Notes: a model not told the origin generated them from the sequence alone. A stretch of 64,000 nt of DNA from Negaprion brevirostris (GCA_030324005.1 JARDVH010000084.1:68165519-68229518); one strand, 5' to 3'; shown: positions 1-12,799, counted from the first letter of the stretch. Numbers and translations are program-made.

Positions 1-995
1 TCCTAATTTATCCGAGGATTAGGCTCCATTGATATCCACCGGTACCTTATCAAAGTGACTGCCTTTTATGTAGGAGACTGAACAATGAATTTTGGCATTC
101 AGTCTTACAATGGACTGATTACAATCTATGTCCTCACTCAATATTCTCACTGCATTGGTGGCACTGGTGATCGGTTTGTTGTGAAAGCTGTGGTTGAATT
201 TGTCCCTCTGTGGTCCAGGAGTGCAACGTTCAGATGTGGCACTGTTGCAACCACAGCAGCTCAAACTAGATAACTCAGCACATATCAAGCCTGGGATTCT
301 TTTCATTTTAAATGCATGATTTCAGCACTGAACAGCAACATTCGCAACAGAACCATTCGGGTTGCTACAATCCATTTCCTCCTGTTCACCACAATGTTCA
401 TCTGAATCCTAAATACACAAAACTCAATTTTAAATGATAAATTATAGCAAAATGCATCATTGGGAGGAATTCTATGGAGAAGGAATCAATAACATCCAAT
501 AATATTCATGTAGGGGTACAATGGCAGGTGGCATTGAATAAACCTCATAACATGAATCATGTATCATGGAACACAGAACTTTTACTGTAATACCCAAAGA
601 ATGTGCCTGATCTGGGCCATCATTGTTCTAGTTTAGATTCAGTTACAGCCTGAATAATTTTAGAGTATGGATTGCCTAAACTGAAGAATTCAACCACATT
701 ACATCCAAATACACACAACTGTGAGGCTATTAAACTGATATGTTCAAAATCACTGCTTAATTTAGTTGGATAGTTATGATACTCAAAGAAATGTTTTAGT
801 AGATAGTTAGTAGCAAATGAAGATTATTTTTCACATGTGCCAGTCTAGCATGTCATAAAAAGTAAAAGCATACGTGAAACAAAATGGCTTAATTTTCCAG
901 TGCCCGCATCTTTATTCCTCCTATCCTGAAAACAACATTCATTCATGTTAGGACTGAAGGAGGTAACTGATTCAACACATTGCTCTGCTCAATAC

Positions 996-1410
996 TTGCC
1001 ATTGTGACATCACCACTCATTGCTAGTATGATGCCAGCACTCTCTGCCATTGTGATGTCAGCACTCACTGCCTCTGTGATGCCAGCACTCACTGCCTCTG
1101 TGATGCCAGCACTCACTGCCTTTGTGATGTCAGCACTCACTGCCTCTGTGATGCCAGCACTCACTGCCTCTGTGATGCCAGCACTCACTGCCTCTGTGAT
1201 GCCAGCACTCACTGCCTCTGTGATGCCAGCANNNNNNNNNNNNNNNNNNNNNNNNNNNNNNNNNNNNNNNNNNNNNNNNNNNNNNNNNNNNNNNNNNNNN
1301 NNNNNNNNNNNNNNNNNNNNNNNNNNNNNNNNNNNNNNNNNNNNNNNNNNNNNNNNNNCTATTTTGAAGTCTACACTCCCCCCCATTGTGACATCATGGC
1401 TCACTGCAAT
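996..1410. repeat. 24-bp minisatellite (GCCAGCACTCACTGCCTCTGTGAT)n, interrupted by a gap
   Basis: About 10 visible tandem copies 996-1231, then an N gap, with degenerate remnants to ~1410; explains the repetitive ORFs 943-1404 and 980-1480. Confidence 0.95.
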
Positions 1411-1444
1411 TGCAGTTCAGCTGCAATTTATGCTGCTTCTGCAG

Positions 1445-1680
1445 GAAATGTCAGGGGTAAGTTTTTCACTCAGAGAGTGATGGGTGCATGGAATGGACTG
1501 CCGGCAATGGTGGTGAAGTTGGATTCGATAGGGTATTTTAAGAGATTTTTAGATAAGTACATGGAACTTAGTAAGACAGAGGGTTATAGTTAAGCCTAGT
1601 AATCTCTAAGGGAGGGACATGTTTGGCACAACTTTGTGGGCCGAAGGGCCTGTATTGTGCTATCATTTTTCTATGTTCTA
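1445..1680 (+). mobile_element. CR1-clade LINE 3' end
   Basis: RGKFFTQRVMGAWNGLP-type ORF2 C-terminus followed by the GGGCCGAAGGGCCTG...TTCTATGTTCTA tail. Confidence 0.85.
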
Positions 1681-1764
1681 TTTTTCATTCTGATCTTTTT
1701 CATTCTGATCTTCTATGTACTGAGAACTAGACACTGGATGAATTATGGCAAGTAGTATTTTCTA

Positions 1765-2010
<246 letters not shown>

Positions 2011-2109
2011 TTAAACCACAAATACAAACATGTGACTGAGTTAGTGTGCCAAAAATAAGGGTTCTGGATTATGTTATAGTCACAACACAATCTGCACTGT
2101 GCCTTTAGC

Positions 2110-2620
2110 ATGATAAAACATTTTAAAGGAGTGAATACAAAATTTTACACAAAGCTACATAAGGAGAGAAGAGCTTAGATGACCAAAGCCTTGGTTAAAG
2201 AGGTAGGTTCAAACTGCCTCTTAAAGCAGGAAGGACAGATGAAAAGATAGAAAGGTTTAGGAAGGATGTTCCTGAGCCTAAAGCCTTGGCAAATGAAGGC
2301 ATGGCCAGAAATGGTGGAGTGATTGAAATCAGGAACGTTCAAAAGACGAGAGCTTACTCAGAGCAAAGATTTCTGAGGCCTATGGGGCTGGAGGAGGTTC
2401 TTGAGACAGGGAGGGGTGATGCCATGGAGAAATTTGAAAAAAAGATGAAAATTTTAAAATTAAGGGATCAGGAGACAATGTAGGTTAGCAAGTACAGAGG
2501 AGATGTGTGAGCCAGACTTAATATGCAATAAGACACAGGTAGCAAGCTTTCATGACCTAAAATTTCTGGAATGTAGAACTAGAGAGATTGACTAAATGTG
2601 TATTGGAATAGCCAAGTCAA
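2110..2620 (-). mobile_element. L2-clade LINE 3' fragment
   Basis: AAAGAGGTAGGTT...GGTTTAGGAAGG...GAGCCT pattern recurring at 17900-18040, 19890-20330, 31790-32280 and 59040-59200. Confidence 0.6.
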
Positions 2621-4353
2621 GTCAAATGTACAATATATAATGTTAGTGTTGTATAACTTACAATCATGCCCAAGTATTTCCTTGCAAAAATGTAATGGGA
2701 TGTCAACAGATCGTCAATTTTCCTTTGTAAGCTTTGATTTTGAATTTATCTAATATCATTAAAGAAGCGATCTTCATATACTATACAGCCCACAAAAGCA
2801 AACAAACTTGTAACTGAAATGTTAACTAATACGAATGTCTTCTGTTTAAAAAATGTTTTAAGAGTGAGTTACTTTTATGTATGTACACTGGTGGAAGTGT
2901 GTGGATGTCTACCATTTGTCAAAGTATGAGCACTGAGAGACTTGGGCATGAATTTCTGCTGGCAGATCTTTTACTCATCTGATACAACTTCACCTGAAGA
3001 ATGGCAGAAACTCAAGAAAATGGAATAGTTTTTCAAGAGCTTCCATGCATTTCCAGATGATGTGGGGATGGACTTGATGGTCATTCAATCTCCTTTGTTC
3101 ATGCAGTGATTATATGCATCTTTTGATGTGATACGTTTTTATGAAATATACATTCTGAAAGAGGCTACTTCAAAGAGCTTAACTGGCCTCATGAGTTCAA
3201 GGACAATTAGGGATGAGCAATAAATGTTGGCCCAGTCAGTGATGCCCACATCCCATAAATGAATTTTAAAAAAGCCCAACTCTTTTATAACACACATCAA
3301 AATCAACCCGGATAGATGGAGTTATGGATATGAATCAGGCGTGATCTAATTGAATGCCTGAATAGGCCCCAGAGGCAATTTGACCTATTCTTGTTCCTGT
3401 TCCTGATAGCCCATAGTCTTCTGTTCCATCCACCTTTTACAAGGCTCATGGAATGGAAATTCTATTAGAGAATAAATGATTCTGAGATAAAAACAGCATC
3501 AAAGGCCATTGTAATATAAAGGTGTCTGACATAGCAAAGGTTAATATGGGACTGGGAAACAGTGATGATGTAAAAAGTTTACATAATCTAAGATGAGGGT
3601 CAGTTATGGACTGGATAGAGATCTGTGTAGAACATGAGGTAGCTCATAGCCATACACCCAATATGTATGTTATAGTTAGGTATTATCAATAAACACAATG
3701 TTTAACCATACAAGATTCAAAAACTCTTTGTATGACTTAGTGAAGCATTGAGGAGAAATTTACTTAAGTGATGTCACTTTCAGCAGTGCTACGTAGACAA
3801 TGTCATTTCCCGGGGTACAGGCCCACTGCCACTCGCCACCTGCCCAGCCTACATGGATTTTGGCAACATAGAAACAAACATGAGTAATGCAGGTGGTGGC
3901 TGCCAGCACCATCTGCACCCAGAGAATTAACATCATCTGTATAGAAAGTGTCATGTAAATACATTTACCCCTACTATGTTTAAAGGATTTTTTGAAGCAA
4001 GTTACAAAGATTTCAGAACCTTTTTTTTTGTTCTAAGGAGGTAAAGCAGCTCAGCAGCTTCATGGTCTATGGCAGGTCCAGCTTAGAAATATTGCCCAAA
4101 GTCAGCCATTGTTGGATGTTGTTGTTTTTATATACTGATTTACTTTGGACACATGCCAGTTTCTACCTTGTGAGATGATGCAAAGTCACTTGACAAATTC
4201 ACCAACATATGATCAGAAGTCAACAACTCCATTAATGGTAGGGCAAAAAGGGACAGCTTAGTTCATAAGAAATGCAGTCTGCCTATGAACATTGATGAAA
4301 CGGTATTAGAGATAAAGCCCAAACTCTAATTGTACAGCAGCAAGAAGCATTGA

Positions 4354-4650
4354 GGGTGGCATGATGGCACAGTGGTTAGCACTACTTCCTCACAGCACCA
4401 GAGACCCGGGTTCAATTCTGGCCTTGGGTCATTGTCTGTGTGGAGTTTGCGTATTCTCCCCTTGTCTATGTGTGTTTCCTCCAGTGCTCCGGTTTCCTCC
4501 CACACTCCAAAGATGTGCAGGTTAGGTGGATTGGCCATACTAAATAGCCCCTTAGTGTCAGGGGGATTAGCAGGGTTACAGGTGGGATTGTTATTGGTGT
4601 ACGTTCAATGGGCTGAATGGCCTCCTTCTGGACAGAAGAGATTCCATGAA
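4354..4650 (+). mobile_element. HE1-like tRNA-derived V-SINE with CR1-type tail
   Basis: Box A TGGCACAGTGG, box B GGTTCAATTC, V-domain-like GTGGAGTTTGC..TTCTCCCC..GGTTTCCTCCCACACTCCAAAGA, tail GGGCTGAATGGCCTCCTTCTG. Confidence 0.85.
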
Positions 4651-5157
4651 CATTCCTTTGNNNNNNNNNNGTATCAGATATGGTGTAATATGCACTTCCC
4701 ACTTACTGACACCCCATATTATGCTACTGATGAAGACTAGCCTTACCCCATTGCCTTTCATATTGGACGAAGAGTATTGATGCACTTTTTCCTTCCTGAG
4801 TTTCCTCTTCTCTTTTTGTAACTGCTCTGACACATACTGAGCAACTGTTGTGAGAGTGCTGAATACTCTCTGCTGTACATTCCAGCAGTCATGCAGAAAC
4901 CTGTTTAACCCAATGTCAAAACCAATACTTCCTTCAATTTTGACAACTTTCCTGATATTTTAGTTTCGCGCTGTCCACAAAAATTTACTTCCAGAGGATA
5001 GCTTGTGCTTTCTATGAACCACGTTGTGCATGAAATATCTGGGGGATAGCTGATCCATGGTGAGGTGTGCACTGGAATATTAATGTTCTACCAGCTGTGT
5101 GATGTGTATCTGTCCAGATTGGTGGAAAACAGACCTTATCATTGAGGCTAAATACAC

Positions 5158-5395
5158 TGGGTAGAACTTTCCTGGTCCCGTAGAGGTGGGGCCAGGAATT
5201 AAGTCTAAAACCCTAAGTGAGTGGCACCACGCCGTTGTCCTGCCTCTGGGAAAGTGGAACTTGGTAACCCCATTTACAGAGGTGACTGGGCAATTAGACA
5301 CATTAAGGTCCCTCAGGCCATTTTTAATGCCAACAGCATTTTCCCTTCTCCCCTCCCAACGTCTCCCCACCTTCTCCTTCACCCTCCTTGCCCTC
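5158..5395. mobile_element. Non-autonomous DNA transposon (MITE) fragment
   Basis: GGGTAGAACTTT-type terminus and TTAAGG..CCCTCAGGCC..TTAAT internal motifs shared with 8680-9000, 37410-37620 and 53580-54240. Confidence 0.45.
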
Positions 5396-5489
5396 TGAGT
5401 CCTGAGGATGACAGCACACTTGTGACAGCAGTGACAGATCAACTTGTTTCAGAATGGAATGAGATAACCAAAAAAAGAAAATCCCTGGA

Positions 5490-5680
5490 TAAAAGAAAAA
5501 CCGTGAGTGCTGGAAATGTTAACATTAAAAGCAGAACTTGCTGGAAAGACATAGTGAGTCTGTCAACATCTGAGAGGTGTAAAGCTATTTTGACTGATGG
5601 CTATTTTATCCAAAATGTTAACCTGCCTTTTCTGCTCACAGAGGAGAAAGGAATAGCTGTCTATTTCCATCATTTTCCAT
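5490..5680. mobile_element. Penelope pLTR-derived fold-back fragment
   Basis: TGCTGGAAA..AAAAGCAGAA..TGCTGGAAA arm and an inverted AATGTTAACCTG..TTTCTGCTCACAGA arm; same layout as 61480-61710. Confidence 0.5.
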
Positions 5681-6257
5681 TGGATGTGACAGACACGTTG
5701 CTATGCAACAAGACCGTTTATTTGCATTTTCAGACCACACTAAAACTGACCTATTTACTGTGGCTGGAATCACAATTACATCATTATCAGCGGAAAGTTC
5801 AGTGCAATGCTTTTACCGTGTCCCCCTGGATTCCTCCTTCCAGCTCTTGCTCATGTGTACCCTCTGCCAAACAGTGCTTACAACCTGCATGCAGATTTAC
5901 AAATCGAGTTGGGGGTTGGGGGGAGGTTGCTTGTACTGAAAGATTTTTAGGCGTTACTTTGGTTTGTTAATGCCTAATACCTTAACCATCCCTGATACAA
6001 ATTTTGCGGCGGTTCCTATTTGCCACAGTGCAATATTGAGTGCAGCGGGTGCTCAGTTATCTGGTTCAAGCACAGTGGGGAAAGAAAGGATGTGTTCAGT
6101 GCAGCAAAACTGAAGGGAGCTGATGACTCCTTTCCATTGCAGTGTCAAGTTCATTAATGTTGGAGCTGCTGGACTTGGGAAGGCTGTCTTGTATGGTGCA
6201 GAAGAAGCAAAGTGCCTGATATATCACTTTTGGCAAGAGAGCAAGCGAGGTCAGCTT

Positions 6258-6486
6258 TAATAAGTCCTCAGAGGCAGAAGTCCCTTTACCAAAATCCCTT
6301 TATTTACAAATCTGACAGCAGCATACAGAGTGCTTTCAGTTAGCAATCTACACAGGAGTGCCAGAGGAACTGACACTCCTGGTTAAGTACAACAGACTCC
6401 CTGATTGATCCATCAATGTAGCCCTTAATCAGGGAGTTCATATTCTAAGAGACCAACCTCAATTGCCTGATTAAAGTCATTATATC
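6258..6486 (-). mobile_element. Solo-LTR-like element
   Basis: Reverse-complement homologue of 25607-25853; minus-strand AATAAA at 6299-6304. Confidence 0.55.
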
Positions 6487-6494
6487 AGTGTTGC

Positions 6495-7260
6495 CCTAAA
6501 AACAGAAAATGCTAGAAATACACATCAGGCCAAACAGCTATGATCTTTCATCAGAACTCAGAAAAAATTAGGAATGAAATAGGTTTTATGCGAGTGAAAG
6601 GGGAAAGGGTAGGTAAAGAACAAAAGGGAAGGTCTGTGAACAGGGTGGATGACAGGAGAGGTTGAATGATTAAAGAGTCGGTAGCACAAATGAATAAGGG
6701 AACGGTAATGGAACAAGTAAAGAAAGAAAAGATGTGTCCAGAAGACGTATCAATTGTAAAATAATGAACAAATGCTGCCTGAAAGGAAAAACAAGAGAAA
6801 AGTATAACCAGAACCACCAGAAAGAGAGGAAACAAAACAGAGAGAGAATGTGGTCTGAAATTGTTGAACAAGTGGTGAATATGGAAGGCTGTAAAGTGCC
6901 TAATTGAAAGATGAGGTTCTGTTCCTCACGCTTACATCGAGCTTCATTGGAGCAGGCCAAGGTCAGAGAGGCCAGCGTGAGAGCAAGGTGGGGAATTAAA
7001 ATGACAGGCTACAGGAAACCCTGGATCATCCTTGTGGACTGAAAGGAGGTGTCCCACAAAGCAGTGACCTAACCTGCTTTTGATCTTCCCGATATAAAAG
7101 AGGCCACATCATGAGCAGTAAATATAAGAAAAGTATATAAGTTGCTGTTTTAGCTGGGATGTTGGGTGATGGGAAAGGAGATAAAATACCAAGGCTAATT
7201 GCCCAAATCATGATTCTGGGAGGAAGGGTGAGAGCAAAAGTGTGGGAAATGGGATGGACT
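6495..7260 (-). mobile_element. Penelope-like element 3' part (GIY-YIG endonuclease remnant + pLTR)
   Basis: ORF 6670-6960 CSNEARCKREEQNLIFQLGTLQPS and a frameshifted LLYR/IGE motif near 7090-7110; pLTR-type AAAACAGAAAATGCTAGAAATA end. Confidence 0.8.
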
Positions 7261-7264
7261 GCCA

Positions 7265-7510
7265 AGGGAGGCACTGTTGCAGTGGTTTGATTAGTGAACC
7301 AGAGACCCAGGATTCTGCTCTGGGGACCTGGGTTCAAATCCTACTGTGGCAGATGAATTTGTATTGAATTCAATAAATAAGAAATGGAATTCAAAGACAA
7401 ATGATGATCAAGAAACCATTGTCAATCATTGTAAAAATCCATCCATCTAATTGACAAATCTGCTATCCTTCCCTGGTCTGATTCACAACAATATGGTTGA
7501 TTCTTGAAAA
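7265..7510 (+). mobile_element. tRNA-derived SINE, second family
   Basis: Box B GGTTCAAATCC followed by GGCAGAT..GAATTCAATAAA; reverse-oriented copies at 40065-40495 and 51835-52186. Confidence 0.7.
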
Positions 7511-8229
7511 ACCACAAGGTCAGTATTATAATCCTGTTCTTGCTACTGTTTGTCCTCCTACTGACTCACACACAGGCAAAAAGAAACACACATCATATGT
7601 TGTACTACAGGCACTGTTAAGAGGGCGTCTCTTAGAGGCAACATTGTGATGTGTTCTGTATGATTGATTAAGTAGCAAAAATCAGTATTAGATTGTATGT
7701 TATATTGGCTTCATAGTTAAAAACAAAACTGATATTCTGAGATTGTAACTGTTTTCACATAAAATAATTGTGAATTGTATTGTTCTAATCTTCTCATGGA
7801 TACATCTACATGTTTATTCTTTTCTATGTTGATCTGATATTATCGAATGAAAACAAAGACTGCGGCCATGACTGAGTTCTAAAACTGCAATATGCATTTT
7901 GTCCCATCTCAATGTTGGCCGTGCATTTGCCTGTGCATTGAACCTTCAGAGTATTTGTATCTGTGTTTTGAATTCATTCTGAATAAATAGGCAGAGGACT
8001 GCAGGCACTGAGTATTATATTTAAAGTGAAATTACATTCTTAACAGCGTAATCTGTTTTCTGTGAGTCGAACAGAACATTCAACCATGTTCACAAGCAGC
8101 TCAAGGTCTTTTGCATTAACAAAAAAGGGGTTAGCATTAATGTACTTAAACTGATCTAAGTAGAATAATAAAATCCACTACAATTTTCATGCACACACAC
8201 ACACACACACACTCTCGAAGGTCACACAT

Positions 8230-8527
8230 GGACAGCAAGGAGACCAGCACTGCTGCCTCGCAGCATCAGTGACTCAGGTTCAATTCTAGCCTTGGACCAC
8301 TGTCTGTGTAGAGTTTGCACATTCTTCTCATGTCTGCGTGGGTTTCCTCTGAATGCTCTGGTTTCCTTCCACAGCTTAGGTGGATTGGATATGGTAGATT
8401 GACCCTTAGTGAGAGGAGGATTAGCAGGATCAATACATGGGGTTAGGGCCTGGGACAGACTGTTGTTGGTGCAGGCTTGATGGTTCTAATGGCCTCCTTC
8501 TTCACTGTAGGGATTCTATGATTCTAT
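8230..8527 (+). mobile_element. HE1-like SINE (CR1-type tail)
   Basis: GGTTCAATTC box B, V-domain, GGGATTCTATGATTCTAT tail; preceded by (CA)n at ~8192-8212. Confidence 0.85.
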
Positions 8528-10083
8528 TTAACACAGTGGGGAAAGACAAGAGACACAGATGGGATAAACATATATTCCNNNNNNNNNNNNNNNNNNNNNN
8601 NNNNNNNNNNNNNNNNNNNNNNNNNNNNNNNNNNNNNNNNNNNNNNNNNNNNNNNNNNNNNNNNNNNNNNNNNNNNNNGTGGGTTCCCCCACTGGCCTAA
8701 CGAGTGAGGGACAAGTATGAACAGACAACTGTTGTGACCAAAACCATTCCTGTGGAGGGATCCTCCCTCCACACTGATGGCCCTAACAACTGTGGGCCTC
8801 TTCATTTTAACTTTTCCATTTTCAGCAGGCTTCCAAGAGCGCCTCCACTTTAAGGCATGCTCATGCTTGTCTTTTTGCCTCAGTACCATTAACCTCTCTG
8901 AGTGGATATGCTAGCCTCCTTCTGCAGGGAGCCCCCTTATTGGGCCTCCCACCTTAGGAATCCGCTTACTTTCCATAATTGGATGGTTAACCTGGAGGCG
9001 AGGAATCATGTTGCATTGCCCTGTTGGGCACATTGACGACACATGGAAGCTGGGGATTGCGTGTGGTCACAATATTGGTTTCCTAATTCAAAAGCAGCCA
9101 CTGTTTTTGAAGCAATAAATGAAAACAAAAGCTCAACAGACATCAGCAGAGGGAAATGGAAACACACTATTTAATATTTCATTTGCACTTTTTATATCCA
9201 TTCTGATATCAGAACAGTAACAACCCTTGGTTGAGTGCACACCATTGCTTTTGTGAAGTTGTGTTTCACTGCAGCAAGCTATATGTAAGGTACAGCTGTG
9301 TTAGCAGAGTGAAAAGCTAGTGAAATATTGTCAGATTAATGTTCACTTTAAGTAGCTCCTGACTACGGAACTGTCCAAGCTGATTAAAGTAAAAAGTAGA
9401 TGGATTTCTTTCAGAAAATAATATTTTAGGCTGTAAGTAATTGAAGACAAGGGACATATTGGAAATGCTAGGTGACTTTAGGCCTTTGGCTCCCAAAGTC
9501 TTCCACTACAGGGGTTTCCATCACCTCATGTGTGGGTCTGGTGTTGGCTAATTAGTTGAGATTGATTGCAATGATTAGGCAATAACTTCACTATCATTAT
9601 AACCAGGATGGGAGACGATGAATCATGGACTCTTTTCACCTAGAACCTCCTGTGTTTCTCTGTGGCTTTTGAAGTTCCCATCTCAAGCAATATATAAGAC
9701 AAAGAAAAACAACATCGTGGAGCCCATGGCAAGGCCATCAGTGCAAACAATGTACTGTAGATACGTCTGAATGTAACCTTTCAGTGGCCCAGAACAATTG
9801 CAAATGTAAAATGTAAAGGCAATTGAGCCCAGTTCCTTATGAGTTATCCCTAGAACCTATAAGGCATGCTTTTCATCTGCCAGTATCTGTAAACCAACAC
9901 AAATAGCTCGGTGCTATGCCTTCACTCATATCTGAAAGGAAATTAAGCCACTCACTGGTCAATAAAGTATCCATAAATTGATCAGTGGAGATTAACTATT
10001 AGTGGGTCAATCAGATGTTTTCAGAGCCAGGAGTGAATTCCTAATGCAATCAGGCCATTTGATAGTTGGTTTATATTCTTATG

Positions 10084-10250
10084 CACACACAGAGACACAT
10101 ACACACACACACCCACACACACACACAGGCATACAGACACAAATAGACACACACACACATACAGACACAGATACACACAAACACACACACACACACACAC
10201 ACAAAGGACAGACACTCAGGCACACACACGGACACGCACACAGACACACA
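10084..10250. repeat. Compound (CA)n/(CAGA)n microsatellite
   Basis: Directly visible; produces the spurious HT/VC-repeat ORFs. Confidence 0.95.
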
Positions 10251-10329
10251 AGCTTTTTTCAGCTCTTAGTTTACAGAATTACAGAAAGCAGTTTCACCTT
10301 GTCTATTTTCAATGCACAACAATGTTAGA

Positions 10330-10890
10330 TTAAGAGACATAGAGCGAATAAATTATCCAGTTTTGCAGCACCGGTGAAAAGCTCGCACACTGATTTTCCG
10401 ACCACATAAAATGAATATTGGAAAATGGAAAGTCACACGTGTCCAGATTTCCAATACTGTCTTCACTTAGCAGAATGGTGAGGCTTCTAGAACAGACAAA
10501 CTCTGCTCGAAACAAGTTACCGGCCTGGTGGCTATGTTCTTCAGGTTTGCGTTGTCATTCTATGACAGGACTGAAGGAGTTAATTCATTATGCGGCTGAC
10601 AGGCAGGATTGCTCAATAACCATAAATCGTGCCTTCTTCGCGAGCTGATTGATTGGCTCAGGTGATGTAATGCACATTTGTATTTTGTGTTGCGATATTA
10701 CTCAGTGCACAACACTTGCTCCAGGGACCTATTAATAACTATCTGTACAACAGGTTATTAGTAATTGTCATTAATCTCATTAATATTAGTCAATCGGTGG
10801 ACTGCAGGTCAGCGAAAGACATTAGATCTGAAAATTTTAGCAACGAGTCAGCTGTCAGAGAATCACCATCTTTTTAAATATAACGACCAG
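10330..10890. promoter_or_regulatory. Candidate intronic enhancer / conserved non-coding element
   Basis: Repeat-free, retains CpGs, dense in TAAT/ATTA, TGACAG, TGATTGAT and CCATAAA motifs. Conservation not tested. Confidence 0.55.
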
Positions 10891-10994
10891 GACAATTAAT
10901 AGGCCAGCAGTGTGTTTTGGTCATGTTTCTTGTATGTTGTATTTTTGAAACTAGGTTTTCCTCCTGCAAGAGGTGAGAAATTCGTGTCAATTTC

Positions 10995-11421
10995 CCTTCC
11001 CTGGGTGTTTGTCTGTATGAAGTGTACACCTTCTCTCCGTGTCTGCGTGGGTTTTATCTCAGTGCTCCAGTTTCCTTCCAAGCCCCATCATGCAGGTTAG
11101 GTGGATTCGCCCTGCTAAACTGCCCCTCAGTATCCCAAAAATCTTTGCACACCCTTTGACAAAGGGTTGTCCAGACTCGAAACATCAGCTCTTTTCTCTC
11201 CTTACAGATGCTGCCGGATCTGCTGAGGTTTTCCAGCGTTTTCTCTTTTGGCCTCATGTCCCGNNNNNNNNNNNNNNNNNNNNNNNNNNNNNNNAGTAAA
11301 TGTGTGAGGTTACGGGGATAGATGGGATGGGAGGGGCTGGGCGGGATCATGTCTCAGAGAGTGACGCAGGCTTGATGGGCTGAATGGCTTCTGTTGGCAA
11401 TGTAAAGGTTCTATGGTTCTA
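10995..11421 (+). mobile_element. HE1-like SINE carrying a Penelope pLTR fragment (11150-11255) and a gap
   Basis: V-domain 11010-11130, TTTGACAAAGGG..CGAAACATCAGCTC..ACAGATGCTGCC pLTR piece, CR1-type tail to 11421. Confidence 0.7.
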
Positions 11422-11954
11422 AGTCAAGAACAAGACCACCTTAAGTTTGCAGGCACCCTTATTGATTCAATCAGCAGGAAAGGCTTGCCTCAAACTCTAC
11501 TCATTTAAGGAGGTATCACAGGGCCTTTCGGGAATTTTTAAATCAGCCCCAATGTCTGAAACAGGCTGCTCCAAGAACTACAAAGGAATCAACTTGCTCC
11601 ATCATCAAATTCGATATTGGCAGATCTGCGGCTCAAATCCTGCCGTGGTTCCATAACCTGTTGTACCCTTGCCTAATTGCTTGGCCAAAAGATTTTTCAA
11701 TGGCAGTATTGAAATGTTCAATTGACCCACGGCCTAAATTGCTTTTGGGAGAGACAGTTGCAGATCTCATCTCAAGAAACATCATCCCTGAACACTTGAG
11801 TCCTAATGTGTAGGTCTTCAGACTTCCACCACCTCCAGTGCAGAATGCCTGTGTTGCTTGCCATGGGAATCCTGTTCATTTTTCAGCGCTGTGGCCTTTG
11901 TGATCATAACATGCTCAATCGAAGAAAGTCGCAGATATATCACAGGCCAATAGT

Positions 11955-12250
11955 TTAATTTAGTTTAGTTTATTATTGTCACAAGTAGGCTTACATTAAC
12001 ACTACAATGAAGTTACTGTGAAAATCCCCTCATCACCACACTCTGCTAACTGTTCAGGTACACTGGGGGAGAACTTAGCCTGGCCAATGCACCTAATCAG
12101 CGTGTTTTTCAGACTGTGGCAGCCTGAGGAAACCCATGCAGATACTGGGGAGAATGTGCAGACTCCACACTGACAGTGAGCCAAGCCGGGAATTGAACCT
12201 GGGTTCCTGGCGCTGTGAGGCAGCAATGCTCACCACTGTGCTACCGTGCC
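11955..12250 (-). mobile_element. HE1-like SINE with alternative tail (GTAAGCCTACTTGTGAC..AATAAA)
   Basis: Reverse-complement A/B boxes at ~12190-12250, V-domain, distinct 3' tail. Confidence 0.85.
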
Positions 12251-12493
12251 AATAATAATTGTACTTTTCAAAAGTACAATTCGTTAGACAGCAACAGTTG
12301 GAGAACTTCAAGAAGCATGATGCATATTTTAATGGTAAAGGTAAAAGCTTTTATTTTGAACATTAAGTTTGTGCCTAGATCTCAGCATTGTCAGGAGTAC
12401 AATGTTGAATAATATGCCAAGGTGGATAAAGGCAATGCAATATAAGCATCTTACACAATGTTGCTTGACATACCTTACCAGAGTAGTGCTTAC

Positions 12494-12696
12494 CGTTCTG
12501 TTTAGCTGTCTCATAGTCCTCCTTACACACCAGTCGGCTATCCTCCATCAGATAGAATTCATCCCCTGTAGCCAGCTGCCGGTTACACATGATGCAGGAA
12601 AAGCAGTGAAGGTGGTAGACAAAGTCCTGAGCTTTCCTCACCACCTGGGTTGGGGGGATACCCTGCTGGCAGGCTGCACATTTTGTCCCAAAGCGT
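12494..12696 (-). CDS. LHX4: LHX4 coding exon (second LIM domain; equivalent of human exon 3), 203 nt
   Basis: Polypyrimidine tract + gcag|A CGC TTT GGG ACA AAA TGT...CAG AAC G|gtaagc; [84 protein letters not shown] and EAGAKR are LHX4-type rather than LHX3-type residues. Confidence 0.95.
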
Positions 12697-12799
12697 CTGC
12701 AATTAAGCAGAAGAGAAAAAAAATACAAGGTCATTTTACTTCACTGGTTTGTCCAACAAAAATGCTGTTTGTTTTCAATTATCTTTGATCTCGGAAGAA

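Noticed and set aside
943-1480. Repetitive ORFs (AGITEAVS)n / (SVMPALTA)n
   Set aside because: Translations of a 24-bp minisatellite running through an N gap.
4354-4435. tRNA-like A/B boxes (also at other SINE heads)
   Set aside because: These are SINE heads continuing into V-domain and LINE tail, not tRNA genes.
5221-5970. Longest gap-free ORF (249 aa)
   Set aside because: Non-ATG start, crosses MITE and Penelope-derived fragments, no recognisable domain, antisense to LHX4.
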